DNA of 64,000 bases from Blasia pusilla (lineage: Eukaryota). The stretch's first letter is position 1, and each line of letters begins with the position of its first letter. Location: contig CM114271.1 in assembly GCA_050084515.1 (NCBI GenBank), positions 6,820,001-6,884,000 on the forward strand, given 5' to 3'. Position numbers and translations under genes: made by a program. Shown here in pieces: positions 1-13,555 of the stretch. Under the pieces are notes generated by a model. The model was not told the origin of the DNA. It saw only the letters and a list, made by a program, of their open reading frames with translations, and did no database searches.

Positions 1-3000
1 TATTGTGCATTCCGGTTTGGGCATTTGTGAATAAATGATCTGCATGATGCTAAACTCATGTTCTTGAAAATACTTTCCTCATATGCAATGTGGAGGCTTG
101 TTCTAGGCAAGTGCGTGCCCCACGTTCTACAAAGAGAGATATTTTCCATAGTGGACCAAAGAGAAGGAGCTCGTGATTGGTTGCAAAGGTATTGCTACCA
201 ATGGCATAGTCTATTAACGAGATGGATATTTTCACCAGGGGTGAAGAGGCCCCAACTTGTGATCCAAAGTTCTTTGTTGACTTTGGCGAAGACGATCAAG
301 CAAGATCATACAAGCATGCTGCATCTAAGGAACCTCTAGCACCAATTGTCGTGGGAAAGAAGAAGCAAGTAATTTCCTTGTTTCTTCTCAAGTGTTTAAG
401 TGTCTACAATTATGGCCATATATATGTATTTTAAACCCATTGTCTCTAATTGGTGATATGCATTGGAATGGTTGAAAGGGATAGTTAGGGGATAGAGGAA
501 TTGAGCATATTTACCAAATGTAAGGGATATTGCATCTTGGCGTATAGGTGATATTCATAGCCATGGGAAACTTCAAGTGGGTATACAACATCTTGGAAAA
601 GGGCAAGTTGGTATGTCTCAAGGTGGTAGAGATGGCTCACATGCACGAAACCCAATGCCAACTTTGTTCCAAGGTGGTTATTGTTTAATGGGGCAAGGGT
701 GGAATAGTAAGCCCTATCCATTTTATTCTACAATTTCCCTTTACCATTTTTCACATGTAGGTCACGGCAATGTTGCATGATGTGATGTTGCAATAGTCTC
801 ATCATTGTTGTCATGTGTAGACCATGTGCAACATGGATTCTCTAACTAGATTGAGGGCACTTTCCATGCAGTACGAAATAGTCAAGTCCTTTATGGACTC
901 AATAATACTTCCGCAAACATGTATGGACAAAACCAATGGTTCATTGGACAATCATAGGGAGTGAAAATGATAAAGGACACATGTAAAACCGAGTCACATT
1001 TAGTCATATATATCTTTTCTAGATATGTACATATATATGTTTTATTCCTTGGTGTTGTAATGGATATCTTAACTTGCTTCCATGAATTTTGTGGAAGTCT
1101 ACTTATAGGCGGGTAGATTTGCAATGTGAGATCAAATAATTATTGGAGTGTATCATATGTGCACCAAACCATATGACTCCAAGCTTGCGTAGGATAAGTG
1201 TAGGGATATCAAACACACCAAACTTATTGACAGAGAATTTTTGCGTGACAAGGAGGTGAAAGTTTGCAATGTGGCTCTAAATAGTTCAAGTTGGATTATC
1301 ACAACTTCTGAAGGAAAGAACAAGTGGCATGCAAATTTTAGAGCAGAGGTGTTGCGATGGTTTGACATCTTGGTTTTCAAAATTCTAGACCATCACTCTA
1401 GTGATTGGAAGTCAATGTTGAGGGATATTGGTGGATATTGGTGCTAGATATCGGCAACAATGGAAATGGAGTTTTTGTTCCATGTTTGGAGGAATATGCA
1501 AAATGAATACTAAATAATGAAAGGTTAAGATTACATCACACATGGAAAGAAGTTGTAGATGGGAAAAAAGAGTGGCCCTGCCGCCTCACGTAGATCCTAC
1601 CCAATGAGGGAGATTTCTAGCCTATGTCATGAGTGAAAGTGCAAGGACAAAGAGTAAGCAGAGTCAAAGGCGCGGGCATTGATAGCAAATCCTAATCCTA
1701 CAGGAAGGAAGGGAATGCACCAATTTCAAAGTGTTTGATAAGAAAAGTATCAAAGGTCTAATATATATTTTATTACTTTTGTTTTGGCTTTGTCCAATGA
1801 TTGATAAATGGAGCTTTTTTCATTGTTCATATGTTTTAGAGAAAAAAGAAGGGGCAAACCCCTACTTATATAGGCTCAGGTGTACAAGGAGGCAAAGAAC
1901 CAAAAGAGATGTGGTACAACGAAACTCTCCAAGGAGGTATTTGCATTTTCTTGCTATAGAATTGATATCACTCCAAAATTGGTTATTTTTAGTCCATGCA
2001 TGGGGATTTAGACTAAGTTTCCTTCTTGTGATTTAGGCTATTGGATCATCTAAGTTAACAAAGTTCTCTTAATGGTTGAAGTCCATGAAAGAGTTGTTGC
2101 CTGAATCTGTGACTTTCGTAATTGATCGCGTGGATGCATTCTCGAATCACTTGGACATGATGGAAGCAAGCATACATAATTTTATTTTCAGCCAAGATGA
2201 GAACTTCACATAGTTGATGGAATAATTTATGAGCTTGAAAAGGGCCATGAGGATATAGGGGATCGTGGGGAGAGATCTCAAAATCCAAGAGTTTCCTTAT
2301 CTCTTCATCAAATTAGTGAACCATCCCGGCCCTACTCCTATTCATATACCGAATGAGTATACCCTATCCTCACCCAATCCTAAACCATTTAGAATTGCAG
2401 AATGGGAGCGACAAAAGAGGCTATTACCACTATCATTGTAGGTGAACCAAATTGTTCAGATATGTGAGTTGAAGGTATTATTGTGCATGTATTTTTAAGT
2501 GAATGAAGAACCTTGGACTTTCTAAGACTGATTGAAATATGTTTACTTGCGATTGTAGAGAGCACAAACAAGGCCTTGACTATTACAAGGAAACACCAAG
2601 GTAAGATATTTCGGAGATACGTACAATTTGAAGGCGGGAAAATTTCCCATGACAATGCAGGACTAGTGGGGAGTGATGGACCATTGGAGCTAGATAATGT
2701 ACATCTTATGCAAAAGCCAACGATAGTGAGAAAACCTAAACTTAGGAAGAGGACCTTAGAGGTTGCTAAGATAGGGGTAAAATCTGTTGTGCCTCCATTT
2801 CAACAATTGATGTCATGTAAGAATCCCTACGTGATTTTAGGTTATGGTAGATTGCATGATGCATGAATATGTAAATGGATACACTTAATAGCTTTGGATA
2901 TGTGGCAATTAAGCACTTGGATATGACAAGCACTTGTTAGCTTTAGATTTCGATGTGAAAAACACATGTTAGCACTTTTGACATGATTGTGAAAAGTGAT

Positions 3001-3666
3001 CATATGCTATAGCAGGTGTGAGTTGGCATAGCGATAATGTGCATGTAAAATTTCAGATTATATCTTTAGCATTAAGACTTTAGATATAGTACAATGGTTT
3101 CTCCATGCCCTTTTTTGGATGAAAGACAAGTAGTGACAAGAGGGTATGTAGCAGTTGTCAATCATGTAGTCTACTAGCGGTAGGAAGGAGGCATTCATAT
3201 TTGGTGTTAGTCATGGATACATAATAGAACTGTCAATGCTAGTGTAATGTACACCATTTATTCAACAATAAATCAACCTTATCGTATATAAATTACTCAT
3301 TGTAGTTGACCAAATGACTTCAATATGTTATTTATGTTACTTGCATAAGTCTTTCTTCATATTACATGCACGCCACCACAAATAATGTGTCAGACGTGGA
3401 TAAGATTGTAAAATGATTCGTCTGATTCATTCTTTAGTACTCATTCGAGTCATTCCTACTGATTTAGCTAAGTCGTTCTTTATGATTTGGACAAGTTATT
3501 CTTTATGACTTGGCTAAGCCATTCTTTATGAATGATGTAGTCATAAAAAATAACCACAAAGTAATCGTATGTAGTCACTAAGATGAGTAAAACATATGAG
3601 ACTAAAATTTGACTACACTTGGGTTTAAATAACTACTTTTATGACTGAGAGTAGTTTTTAGTATTG
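1..3666 (+). mobile_element. Probable decayed CACTA/EnSpm-like DNA transposon, 3' part
   Basis: Stop-riddled coding-like fragments at 1-2900. These are followed by short direct and inverted subterminal repeats (TTCTTTATGA x3 at ~23-bp period, 3471-3533; AGTCATAAA/TTTATGACT), ending in TTTTTAGTATTG, which resembles a degenerate ...TAGTG CACTA terminus. No diagnostic transposase motif was read. Confidence 0.3.
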
Positions 3667-3759
3667 CAATCTATTGAAGTAATTACAGAGTCTCATAGGC
3701 TCGGTTTGACTAACATGAAGTTTTTTTTTAAGTTAGTTAAAGGGGGTTTTGTACCAGTG

Positions 3760-3970
3760 GTAGCTATGTCCCTTTATAGCCTAAGGCTAGTCTCAAGACA
3801 CGTGTGTCGCTTATCTAGCATTAGTCCCGCACTCTATTCAGCCGCCTTTTCTAGTCTTGTAACTAGCTATTCTAGGTTCCAAATTTTTTGGGTCACATCA
3901 AGGTCTTTCCTCCTTGGACTCGTGATCATGACTCACTTATCGAGTTCCTGCTAGCATGTGCACCGTAGAC
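3760..3970 (+). repeat. Dispersed LTR-like repeat family (block P)
   Basis: Homologous by eye to the inverted copy at 4433-4612, which continues at 8262 after a nested insertion, and to copies at ~47340-47600 and ~51600-51930. Shared motifs include GCTATGCCCCTTTCTCA.CTAAGGCTAG and CAAGGTCTTTCCTCCTTGGAC..GATCATGACTCACTT. Confidence 0.6.
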
Positions 3971-4612
3971 TTGGCTATTTGCTACGATATACCAATGTAC
4001 ATTCCCAATCTTGTGGCATGCATACTGAAAAGAAATTGGAAAAATACATAGATTTGGAATTTATTTCCAATGAGAGATCTTTCTCAAAAGTTAGCCCAGT
4101 TTGATAAATAGACAAGTAAATTTCAAGAATCTTTAGTAGAATCCATTGAATTATCCCCAATACAAGTTCCTCAAACTAAATTCAACGTATCTTCTATAGT
4201 GCTATCTTTTCCTCCTCCTTAAAATGTTGTACCACATGCTTAACGATTCTTGTTAAAAAAATGACACTTATTTCTCTAAAAAAATTTCCATTGTATAAAG
4301 AATCCTACTAAAGCTAAATTCAAGAGTATTCTTGATATAGCTTTTTCTTGAGGTTTATTTTTCAAATTCATGAACAAGTTCATAACTTTAAACAAGCTAA
4401 AGTCTCCTAATGAATATGCCGCCAATAGATAAGTCTATGGCGCTCGTGCTAGTAGGGACCCGAGAAGTGAGTCATGATTGCGGGTCTAAGGAGGAAAGAC
4501 TTTGGTGTGACCCACCAAAGTCTAAACCTAGACTTGCTACCACAACTAGTCATTAGACTAATGCTAGGCGAGATGTGCATGCGCCTTGAGACTAGCATTA
4601 GTTGAGAAAAGG

Positions 4613-7600
4613 TGTCGTGTGCATACACATAGCTACACAACATACATTGCTGGTCACATCCACACCACACAACACCAATCTTCCCCATACACGGGTAGAT
4701 CCACACATGTATAGAAATCAACTCATACATATACATGGAGATCACAAAACCGCCCCCTTCGTTGGCGGTTGGATCCCCCTAACTCCAGATAGAAAATATC
4801 ACATCTCTCTGACATGACCTACTGCCCTATACACATCTCGGACATATCAATCGTCCCGTGGGAACTACATCAATAAGGGGGGTCAAACATGACATATGCC
4901 ACCCTCGAGAACAACCATCAGATACCAACATGGTGGTTGCACCCCTCGCAGATCCGCACAACATACACCTCAAGCCTGCATGTACCACTGCCAAGCTCGG
5001 ATCCAATATCCCGTCCACGCTTGGAAGGTGACATGGCACATAGTTGTGCACATGATCCTTCCAAACCATACCATCCCGTCCCTCTAACATGAGGACTCTG
5101 GTTGGTAATATCTCGCGCACACGTAGGATCGTGGGCCCTGCAGTGACATCTAGCATCATGGGTGTCGCCTCCTGTAAATACACGTAATCTCTAGGATGAA
5201 ACCTCATAATCCTTGGACGATAACCTCCTCCACGAATGTTTGCATACCTCAATATATCCCTATGCTGAGCAATAGCTAAGTTCTCAAAGGCCATGGGCAT
5301 AACTTTATGAAAAATCTCTGCCCTCTGAGAACACGCTTGTATCCACACATTTGGATCATCAAGATCTAACACCTCTGCCATGTTACGTCGAATAGCTGTA
5401 GGTAAATGTGGCTCTCTCCCAAAGAGTAAAAAGTACGGTGAAAATAACGCCAAGGATGCCTCTCAACTAAAGCGATGACCTATAGCCAACCATGCCAACT
5501 GTAGGTCCCACTCCCTCAACTGTCCCCGCTACAAGCCATACTTGCGCAATCCTCTCTTCACAGTCTGTACTACTCTCTTTGCCAACCCATCCGCCTCAGG
5601 ATGATCTCTGGACGTGGTGCGGTGATCTATCAATGCCTGATCAGGCAAGGCGTGAAACTCTCCCCTAAACTCGGTACGCTGGTCAGTCAACACCTCCGCC
5701 GGTGCACCAAAGTGAGTAAGCACACGATCTAGAAACGCATAAGCCGTTCCCTCGTTTTCCTTGTCCGATAGTGCCACCAACTCTATCCACTTGGAGAAAT
5801 GCTCCACCATGACCAACACGTATCTATGATGACGCCCCATCAATGGCAAAGGTCCCGCAAAGTCTAAACTCCACCGATAACCTAAACCCATAATCGGAAA
5901 AGGATATAACTGCGGAGTGGGAGCATTGAAGGATACTCCCCATGTGATAACTCCACAATTCCTGCCTCCAACAAGTCTTGACTCCTGCTCTGAATCAAGG
6001 CTTGCTCTATATTAGAATACCTGTTAGATCGACGAAAGATCGACGTATCACTAGCCAACTCAATACGTATCCCGACACCCTTCAGCGTACCCAAATCTCT
6101 CATACTGAAGGTAAAACAATTGACATGCCTTCTCAAAAACCTATGAACTCGCCGTCGCTCTCCTCCTATCAATTAGAGACCTATCATAGGCTCCCAAGTC
6201 TCCATCGTGACCTCACTCAGAGAGGACACAACTTCCGACTTTGGTTGCTATGTGGCAACCCTATCCACCTCTGCAACAACCTCTCCACTCTGACTTCCTA
6301 CACCATGCTCCAGATCCAAAAAATGAACATGTGTTTGCTCTGGCCGCCTTTGCACTATCCGCTCGAACAACGTCCGTGGAATTCCATGGGTGCCTATCTC
6401 TCCTCGTCCCGCCCCCAGCCAATGCCTGTATAGACCCTGCAGGCAATGCTCTAAGTCGTGGACGTGACGACATGGATAAGACTCACATTCGTCTCTTCTC
6501 AGACATACCTAGGCTCACTAACCATGTGAGACATTTGCGGTCTATCGCTTGCCCCAATACCCGTCTCCGTGATGCCTTAGTCATATCTAGCACTGCCCTA
6601 GTACCCGTAGCGAACCCCATGGCGCGCTAGCGCTCATGTGCCATAGGCTCCTCCAATGCTCGGGTCACCTCATCCCAAACCATGCTTGGCCCTCCCTGAC
6701 AAAAGGCATAGGATGTTGGGAAGCTCACCAATGTAGATAAGGCTGCCCTCAACTCCCCCACCCTATTGGATATCACCAACGATGGTCTATCATCACGGGT
6801 CACCATCTAAGATTGACACCTTGAGCCCAAAATAGCATCCACTATGAGATGTGGTGCTCTCTGAACTCCATTGTATGCTCGACTCAATACCTCTGATAGT
6901 ACCAGGTTCGTCCACCACAGTCATGGAAGGTGGGCGTGTGATCCAACTCTCGTTGCATCTAACAACACAGCAATTCCTAACTAGGACCTCACTTGATGTA
7001 TACTCGTCATCACACGTGCACGAGTGTCTCCCAATAACGACACATTCTCCAAAATGTGCGTCGGATAACATGCATGACTCTCTTGCAAGTGTGATACCCA
7101 CAATTTTTTACTTTTGAAGATTTACATCTTTTTATTTAAAGAAGACTTGTGTATACATTATGATTTTGATATTATGGTTGCGTAGTAGAAAAATGAGTGA
7201 GATTGAAGTGAATCACGAAGCTCCAAGGACAAGGCAAAGAGGTGGAAAAATCAAGGATTTGCCTTAGAGGAGAGGAAAATGCAGTAACGAAGTCTAAAGA
7301 CCCAGCGCGAAGCTTGGAAAAGACAACGAAGCTCTGTTAAGAACTTGTGTATGAAGTGCTTCGCTCTTGAACAAAGCATGATGAAGAAGAAGAGGAAGAA
7401 GCACTTCACTCTTGAACGAAGCACAAAGAACGAAACCCTTGGAACAACAGCGAAGAATGGAGTGCTTCGTCCTCAAAGGAAGAGCTTCCGAGGTTCAGAC
7501 TTCGCAGCGAAGCGAAGCTAAGACTAGAAGTGCTTTCAAGCGGCACACAGTCAGAACAGTTAGACTGGGAAAAGGCGCAACTTTTTGTATCAAATAGGAA

Positions 7601-8261
7601 GTTAGTACAGTTACGCTCCGCGGACTCATAGGGATCCCAGGAAAAGAGAAGAGCACCATAGATCTAGGTAGTTACAAATGTTGAAGAGACACCAGCTTCA
7701 TCAAGAACACTTCGAATCTTTGGAACACTCATACTACAGAGAGTATTTAAGAAGCATGAAAGTAACTATCATCATCATTCTCTTACGAAGTCCTCATGCT
7801 GTAGGAATGGTCCGAGCAATGGAGTAGTACCCTCTCGTGCTTGTATATACTTCTGAAGCTTTCTCATTCTTGATGGAGTAGTAAAGCACTCATTCCTTCA
7901 TTCTAATGTGCGATGCTTATGTCTGAGTATTCTTTTTGGGTCTGCAGAGAAATATGGCTTGGGAAAGCCATATTCCTCCCTTATATAGAGTTGGGAAGAG
8001 CCAAAAGGCTCTTCCCCTAAAAATAGCTATCGTCTTGGTAACTTGCGCCCACACATTACCAAGGGCGGATGACCTGCTCAACAAGTCACCCGGATGTGAA
8101 TGACCTCAGCAGGAATGTTATGAGAAACGATGTTCTTGATACAACGAACCTATCCTCAACCTCATCCGACACCTCGAGACAAAGTTACACTCAAGACAAT
8201 CCGGTGGCTCCTATGCCCTATCCACGATAGATCTCGGCCTATCGGCTACTCAGATGTGACA
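4613..8261 (-). mobile_element. Gypsy-type retroelement with integrase + PHD finger, internally deleted; A-internal-B architecture
   Basis: Element-strand ends are TGTCACATCTGAG (8261) and ...ACGACA (4613), with a 5-bp TSD AAAGG at 4608-4612 and 8262-8266. It contains a pre-RT fragment (5882-6172), an integrase core (5529-5891) and a C-terminal PHD finger (4827-4965). The 5' block A and 3' block B match the repeats of the element at 36270-39216. Confidence 0.85.
4827..5891 (-). pseudogene. Gypsy integrase (DDE core) with C-terminal PHD finger, disrupted
   Basis: ORFs 5529-5891 (WSLDFAGPLP...VLTDQ...HPEADGLAKR) and 4827-5453 (SPYFLLFGREP...CMLC...GWHMSCL...CPRC), separated by stops/frameshift. 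Confidence 0.85.
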
Positions 8262-9666
8262 AAAGGCATAGGTACTCATGAGGATAAGAGCAAGGCAAGC
8301 AAGGTTTGAGACCTTGGAGCCAAGCGCCAAGTTAAGGGCGAGAAGCAAGGAAGATGTGAGTAGTCAGGATGGGCAAAATGCCATATGACTAGTCATGAAA
8401 CATGATAGGTGAAAAAAAAACCAGAAGACGCCAAACGTGGAGTTAGTATGAGTGGTATTCATAAGACACATAAAGTGCGGGTCTAAGATCTGAAATGTGT
8501 GTTGAGAGCGTGGAGTTACATAATCTACAGGAAGCCTCCGCCAAGCCATCTTAATGGATAACTAGCAAAGTTACACAAAAAAAAACTTATCTATCCATAG
8601 GACGTAATTGTTCCAACAAGTCTAGACATGCCATCTCGCATCCGTTCTCGTAACGTGGCTCGCATCCCTATTGTAACCCTTTGCCTTGTCTTCTTCCCTC
8701 CTACACGGGCCCATGCAGCCCGCACCCTACTCGCACAAGCTAGATGTAGCCTGCACAAGGTGCACCCATTTTTTTTAAATAATCTTTTTTCAAAAAATTA
8801 TTTAATAAAGAAAAAGAAAAAGAGATGTAGCAAAGCGCATCTGGATGTGGGCGGTCGGGCCCCCCAGGACATGTCTATCCCTAGGGCGACCATAAGTTCT
8901 TGGACATGAACAAAGCGCGTGCAACTCTAATAGCTATTCCATTGTCAAAGAGGGACAATGGGGTAGGTGGGGTTTCCGTGGAGAACCCTAGAAGTACCTT
9001 TAGGAGAGGGGGGGGCACACTCTTCCTCCCTACCGATTCAAGTCTTTGAACCAAGAACTAATCATGATGCTTATTTTGTCGCATTTCAGGTCAGAATTCA
9101 AGAAAGGTAACATCACATTTGAGCCTTGTAAGACAAATCCTTTCGATCATTTGTTTCATATCATTTACCATCCATATGTCGAGCACAAGTCATATGTGCA
9201 TACTTTCCTTAAATCTAATTGAGTGTAGTCTTGAAAAATATGACTTGTCCTCGAACCCTATTGGAGAAAGTTTGCAAACCCAAAGTGACTAATAATTTAG
9301 TTATAGCACATAAATTATGACCCTACGGAGTCGCTGTTGTGAGTCGTAGAAATGATCATTTCTTGGAGTTGATGTTGCTAATCAATCATCAAAGGTTTAG
9401 GGTGACGATGAGTGGTAGATGACATTTGATAAGAGGCAGAGTATCGTGCATTCCATAAATTGCTTTGCACAACATGAAATCACAAAGAATTCGCTCATCA
9501 AGATGATTTCACTAGGAGATAGCAATACTTCAAAGAGCCTCCGGGTCTAATTCTAATTTGGAATCTCTTTACATTACTATCTGTGGAGCCATCTTGATGT
9601 AGGAGGCCACCTAACACCAGCCCTTCGCATTATGTTGCACGGTAGGTAAGAATAGATATACCAACG

Positions 9667-9856
9667 GTGGGAAGAAACTTAGCTTTGCATACATGTCCTT
9701 CAATCTTTGTGAAGTGGTGATGGGAATGCACCACCTTCACCAAAGACCAGGAAGAACACTGACGTGGGAAAAACTTAGCTTTGCATATATATCCTTTAGT
9801 CTTTGTGAAGTGGTGATAGGAGTGCACAACCCTCATCAAAGACCAGGAAGAACTCT
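9667..9856. repeat. Tandem duplication, ~97-bp unit x2
   Basis: GTGGGAA(G)AAACTTAGCTTTGCATA...CAAAGACCAGGAAGAAC.CT occurs at 9667 and 9764. Confidence 0.8.
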
Positions 9857-11004
9857 ACTACCCACTCTGACGCTCCACTGTCCGGGAGTCAACAGTAGGA
9901 GTCGAACATATTTCCAGACCTGCCCTCAATTCAGGCATTTTGGATGGGAGTTAGCCAAGGGTTAGGTTAACAAAACTAGTCTTACCCATGGAATCAAACA
10001 TGTTTTTAAGCCCACAAATAAAGAGAAGTGCTTGCAAATCAAGAAGGCACTCTCCAAGCTCAAGGATATAAACCTTACGTCTCTCCTTCACATCCTAATT
10101 CACCATCTTGGTGAACCGTGAAATATCTACCCAACTCGTTTAGTACCCCCTTCCTTTACCCTCACGCGCGGGTGAGGTACGTTCCTCCTCGCCTGTCATG
10201 CCAGCATGTCAAAGGAAAGTCCTGGATTCGTATGAATCACAGCCCGATAAACTGCACTCGGGATGGCAGCAGATTACTTGGGTGTGATGGACGAGCTTGC
10301 CTGCACTAAATTCCGTGTGTGTACCGGAAGCATTTACTCAACGGGACTATCCCAAATATATGGTGCGAGTTAATACCCATAAGGAAGCCCAGGGACCTCC
10401 ACTGGCACTCTGATCCGCAATTCAGCACCAAGAATTTTGAGTGGGCAATTCCCGTCCCTTACACATCACCTACAGATGAGCACGCCTCACGCGCAGTGAA
10501 AATGACCGTGAGGTAGATTTTGTAGTGGACGAGAAGGACTTCAGAATGATGCACTTAAACCTTGACACGAGAATCCAATCCGAAAGCGGGGGCAAGTAGT
10601 GAAAACTGTAGAAACCCTGAAAAGATTCATGATCAGAAAACAAGATCAAAATGTGTGGACTTGCTAGTCCCAATTTACCATTAAACTGTCCCAATTTAAC
10701 AGGACGCTACTGAACTTCTCACGGATCTGTAGCGAACACTAGTTTTTTGACTCGATTCCATGACGTGAACTACAGGCCGGCGGCAAATGTTGCAACGCCA
10801 GAATCGAGACCTGGTCGACAGCCGAAAGACCCCTGGTCTAATTGACGGGGAGGTTACTCTTCTCCCCACTGCACTCAGATTATACAGATCTGCCCGCCGA
10901 ACATAGCTTCCTGTCTATCGAGCACAGAAAATCCCGTGCTCTTCGACGAAAAGTTCTGCATCTACGATGCTGCTGCTCAGCCATATTTGTCCGACTTTCA
11001 CTAT

Positions 11005-11301
11005 TTACTCGGAGGCTTCCTCCTCGGCACCGTCAACCCTGTTGTGCTTCTTCGCGTACCTCTGATTCCTCAGAAACTTAGGGTCCATCTGAATAACAAC
11101 CACCAAATGCACAAATGTGAATTCAAGGCTCTGCAAAAGAGTTACTCAGAAGTGAACAACCTGTTGAAAAATCAGGGTAACTGAAACGAAAGAGCTCACC
11201 CCCTTCCTTGAGGAGTACTTGTGCTTCTTGGGCTTCTTGATACCATTCTTGTGGGCCTTGTACGACTGGTTGTGGGCTGTGTGATTCTTAGACTTCGCCA
11301 T
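11005..11301 (-). CDS. RPL29: 60S ribosomal protein L29 (eL29), 61 aa; CDS exons 11200-11301 and 11005-11088
   Basis: Manual translation gives [61 protein letters not shown], with a phase-0 GT-AG intron at 11089-11199. A probable 5'UTR intron lies at 11307-11800 (GAG|GTGAG...TTTTAAGCAG). Confidence 0.97.
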
Positions 11302-11873
11302 TGCACCTGCTTAAAAAAAATAAAATTATAAGGACGAAAACAGACTTTCGGCAAATCCCACTGCTTTTAAAGAAAGGAACACTCAAGTAGTCCAGAGATA
11401 TCTTATGGCGACCGCAGACAAAATCACAAAGTCTCCCGGGGTAACACAACAGAAAAAACAGCAAGTATCCTGTTGGAGAACTTCACAACCAGAATCCTCC
11501 AAAAAACGGCGATTCAAGTCCAACAAGCATTCCAAAGCAGTCGAAAAGGCTGCGAAAACCTAAGGGACTCAAACACACTTAACCAAAGCGCACAAACGAA
11601 ATACAGGGACTACTCACATAAGCTCGCTCAGCTTCTTCCGAGCGAGTAAAGAGGTGAGAAAAAATGCCCGTCAACACTAAGGACTAAGACGCAATCAACA
11701 ACAGCCTGAAAACAGGCGACTGACTCCTCGCCTAGGTTCGACGGCATGCACATTACGAAATTGCGAAGTTTGAGAACGATGATCCGGGCCAGGCTCTCAC
11801 CTCGACGCTAGCAGCAGGTGGATACCCTTCAGAACAACGACGTAGAAAAGAGAAAAGCTGGTGGTGGCGATTG

Positions 11874-11882
11874 AAACCCTAA
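11874..11882 (+). promoter_or_regulatory. Telo-box (AAACCCTAA) near the RPL29 transcription start
   Basis: Exact AAACCCTAA just upstream of the pyrimidine-rich first exon of RPL29. Telo-boxes are an established element of plant ribosomal protein promoters. Confidence 0.7.
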
Positions 11883-11904
11883 TAACTAGTAGGCTGAGTA
11901 TCAA

Positions 11905-12270
11905 AGCGCGTCTCCGACCTAGGTGGATCAACCGTAGTTAGTCAACCGCGAGGTGGACCAACCCTGGTTCGCGTTCTCTAACGTTGGTCGCTAAACCTTA
12001 GGTGATGTTCACTAATCGGAGTGTCTGGTTAGATCAATCGTAGGTAGTGTTTTCCCTAAGGCTTTGCCCACCTACGTGGGAGGACAAACCTTGACAACTA
12101 GAAAGTGCGTCTCTACCTAGGTGGATCAACCTTAGTTAGGGATCTCGAACCTAGGTTGATGAACTTAGGTAGTGTTCACTAATGGGGGTGTATGGACTAC
12201 CGTCTTGCTAACTTAGATTTATAGTGTTTTGTCCACCTATGGGGGATGGATGAACCCTAGTTAGGGTTTC
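11905..12270. repeat. Degenerate ~200-bp tandem repeat upstream of RPL29
   Basis: GCGTCT..ACCTAGGTGGATCAACC.TAGTTAG at ~11909 and ~12107; TTAGGT..TGTTCACTAAT.GG.GTGT.TGG at ~11998 and ~12165. Confidence 0.6.
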
Positions 12271-12519
12271 TTAATTGGAATCCCTAGTTTAGCCGTTGTT
12301 CTTTCTAACTTTGTTTTGTATTTGTAAGAGCATTTGCAACCTTGGCACTCAACCTGGTGAACCACATGATTCACAAACACAATCCACATCCATCTCTCTC
12401 TCTCTCCTCAGTAAGAGCCTCGAACATAAATCTAAATTTGAAGGTGCCTATCGGATGTGATGTCAATATCACACATGTGGAAGGGGTCCCATAAGTCAGA
12501 TAGGCTTCGCGCGGACTAG

Positions 12520-12521
<2 letters not shown>

Positions 12522-12555
<34 letters not shown>
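12522..12555. repeat. (CT)n microsatellite
   Basis: Pure CT run. Confidence 0.95.
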
Positions 12556-12559
<4 letters not shown>

Positions 12560-13435
12560 AAACTTACTCTCATGGTTTGAGGTTTGGGTCAGTGACAATG
12601 AAAGGGATACCGTATCTTCGTTGCCTCATACAAGGAGGTTCAACAAATAAAGAATGAGTTCTCCAAACACTTTCACCCGTAACCTCTACATGTAGATCAC
12701 CTTCTCAACCCTAACTTGTAATAATGTATCAAAGAAATTTTCTATAAATGTAAATTCAATACTTCTCAAAATAGGGAATTTACTTAACATAGCAAGTCCC
12801 TCAAATGAATCCCAAGACAAGAGATTACCCTCCTCCTTAATAGGTCATTCTCGAGCTACCAAGACTAACGTATGCCCTCTACGGATGTGTTGTGGGTAGA
12901 CAAGCCCTTCCGCAACAAATGAAAAGATATGACAACTTCTGAGATATTCTTTTATAATTTATGATAATTTTAACACTTGTTTTGACTCGTGGTATAACAA
13001 CATGTTTGTTATGGCCTTCATCTAGAGGTTGTGATGTTGGACGATGTTTGGGGCATAGGTTGAGGAGGAAAACTTGCCGATTAGATCAGATAGTGAAAGC
13101 GACTCCATATCGCACAATTTAGAGAAGGAGGACTTTTAGGGAAATGCGGACCTCGACTGTGTGTATATATATATTTAAATTTTTTTTTCATCAAACTAAT
13201 GATTCATTATGTGGATGGTGCTCACCCATAGTGCCATGCAATCGTCTACCTAGCCATGCACTTGTAGTAGTTATAGATGGATCCAATACCTCTACTCCAA
13301 TACGTGTTCGAATAGACATAGTGTTGTTGCAACTCGAAAAAGACTTGCAACACATGATCGAATACCAAAATGTCAACATCTAGTGCAGATTAAACCGCAC
13401 AAAGAGGCCTTCTTATTCCATTAATTATCCCTAGA

Positions 13436-13555
13436 GTTCCTATAAAAATTCTTTAGGGCCTCTAAATATGCATGTGCCTCGACATTTACAAAGAGATGTG
13501 AGGAGGATGAATGGCACATGCATATTTAGAGGCCCTAAAGAATTTTTATAGGAAC
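13436..13555. repeat. Perfect 43-bp inverted repeat with 34-nt spacer (foldback)
   Basis: 13436-13478 is the exact reverse complement of 13513-13555. Confidence 0.9.

Noticed and set aside
3471-3533. Short regularly spaced repeats as a CRISPR array
   Set aside because: Eukaryotic context, no unique spacers, no cas genes; better explained as TE subterminal repeats.
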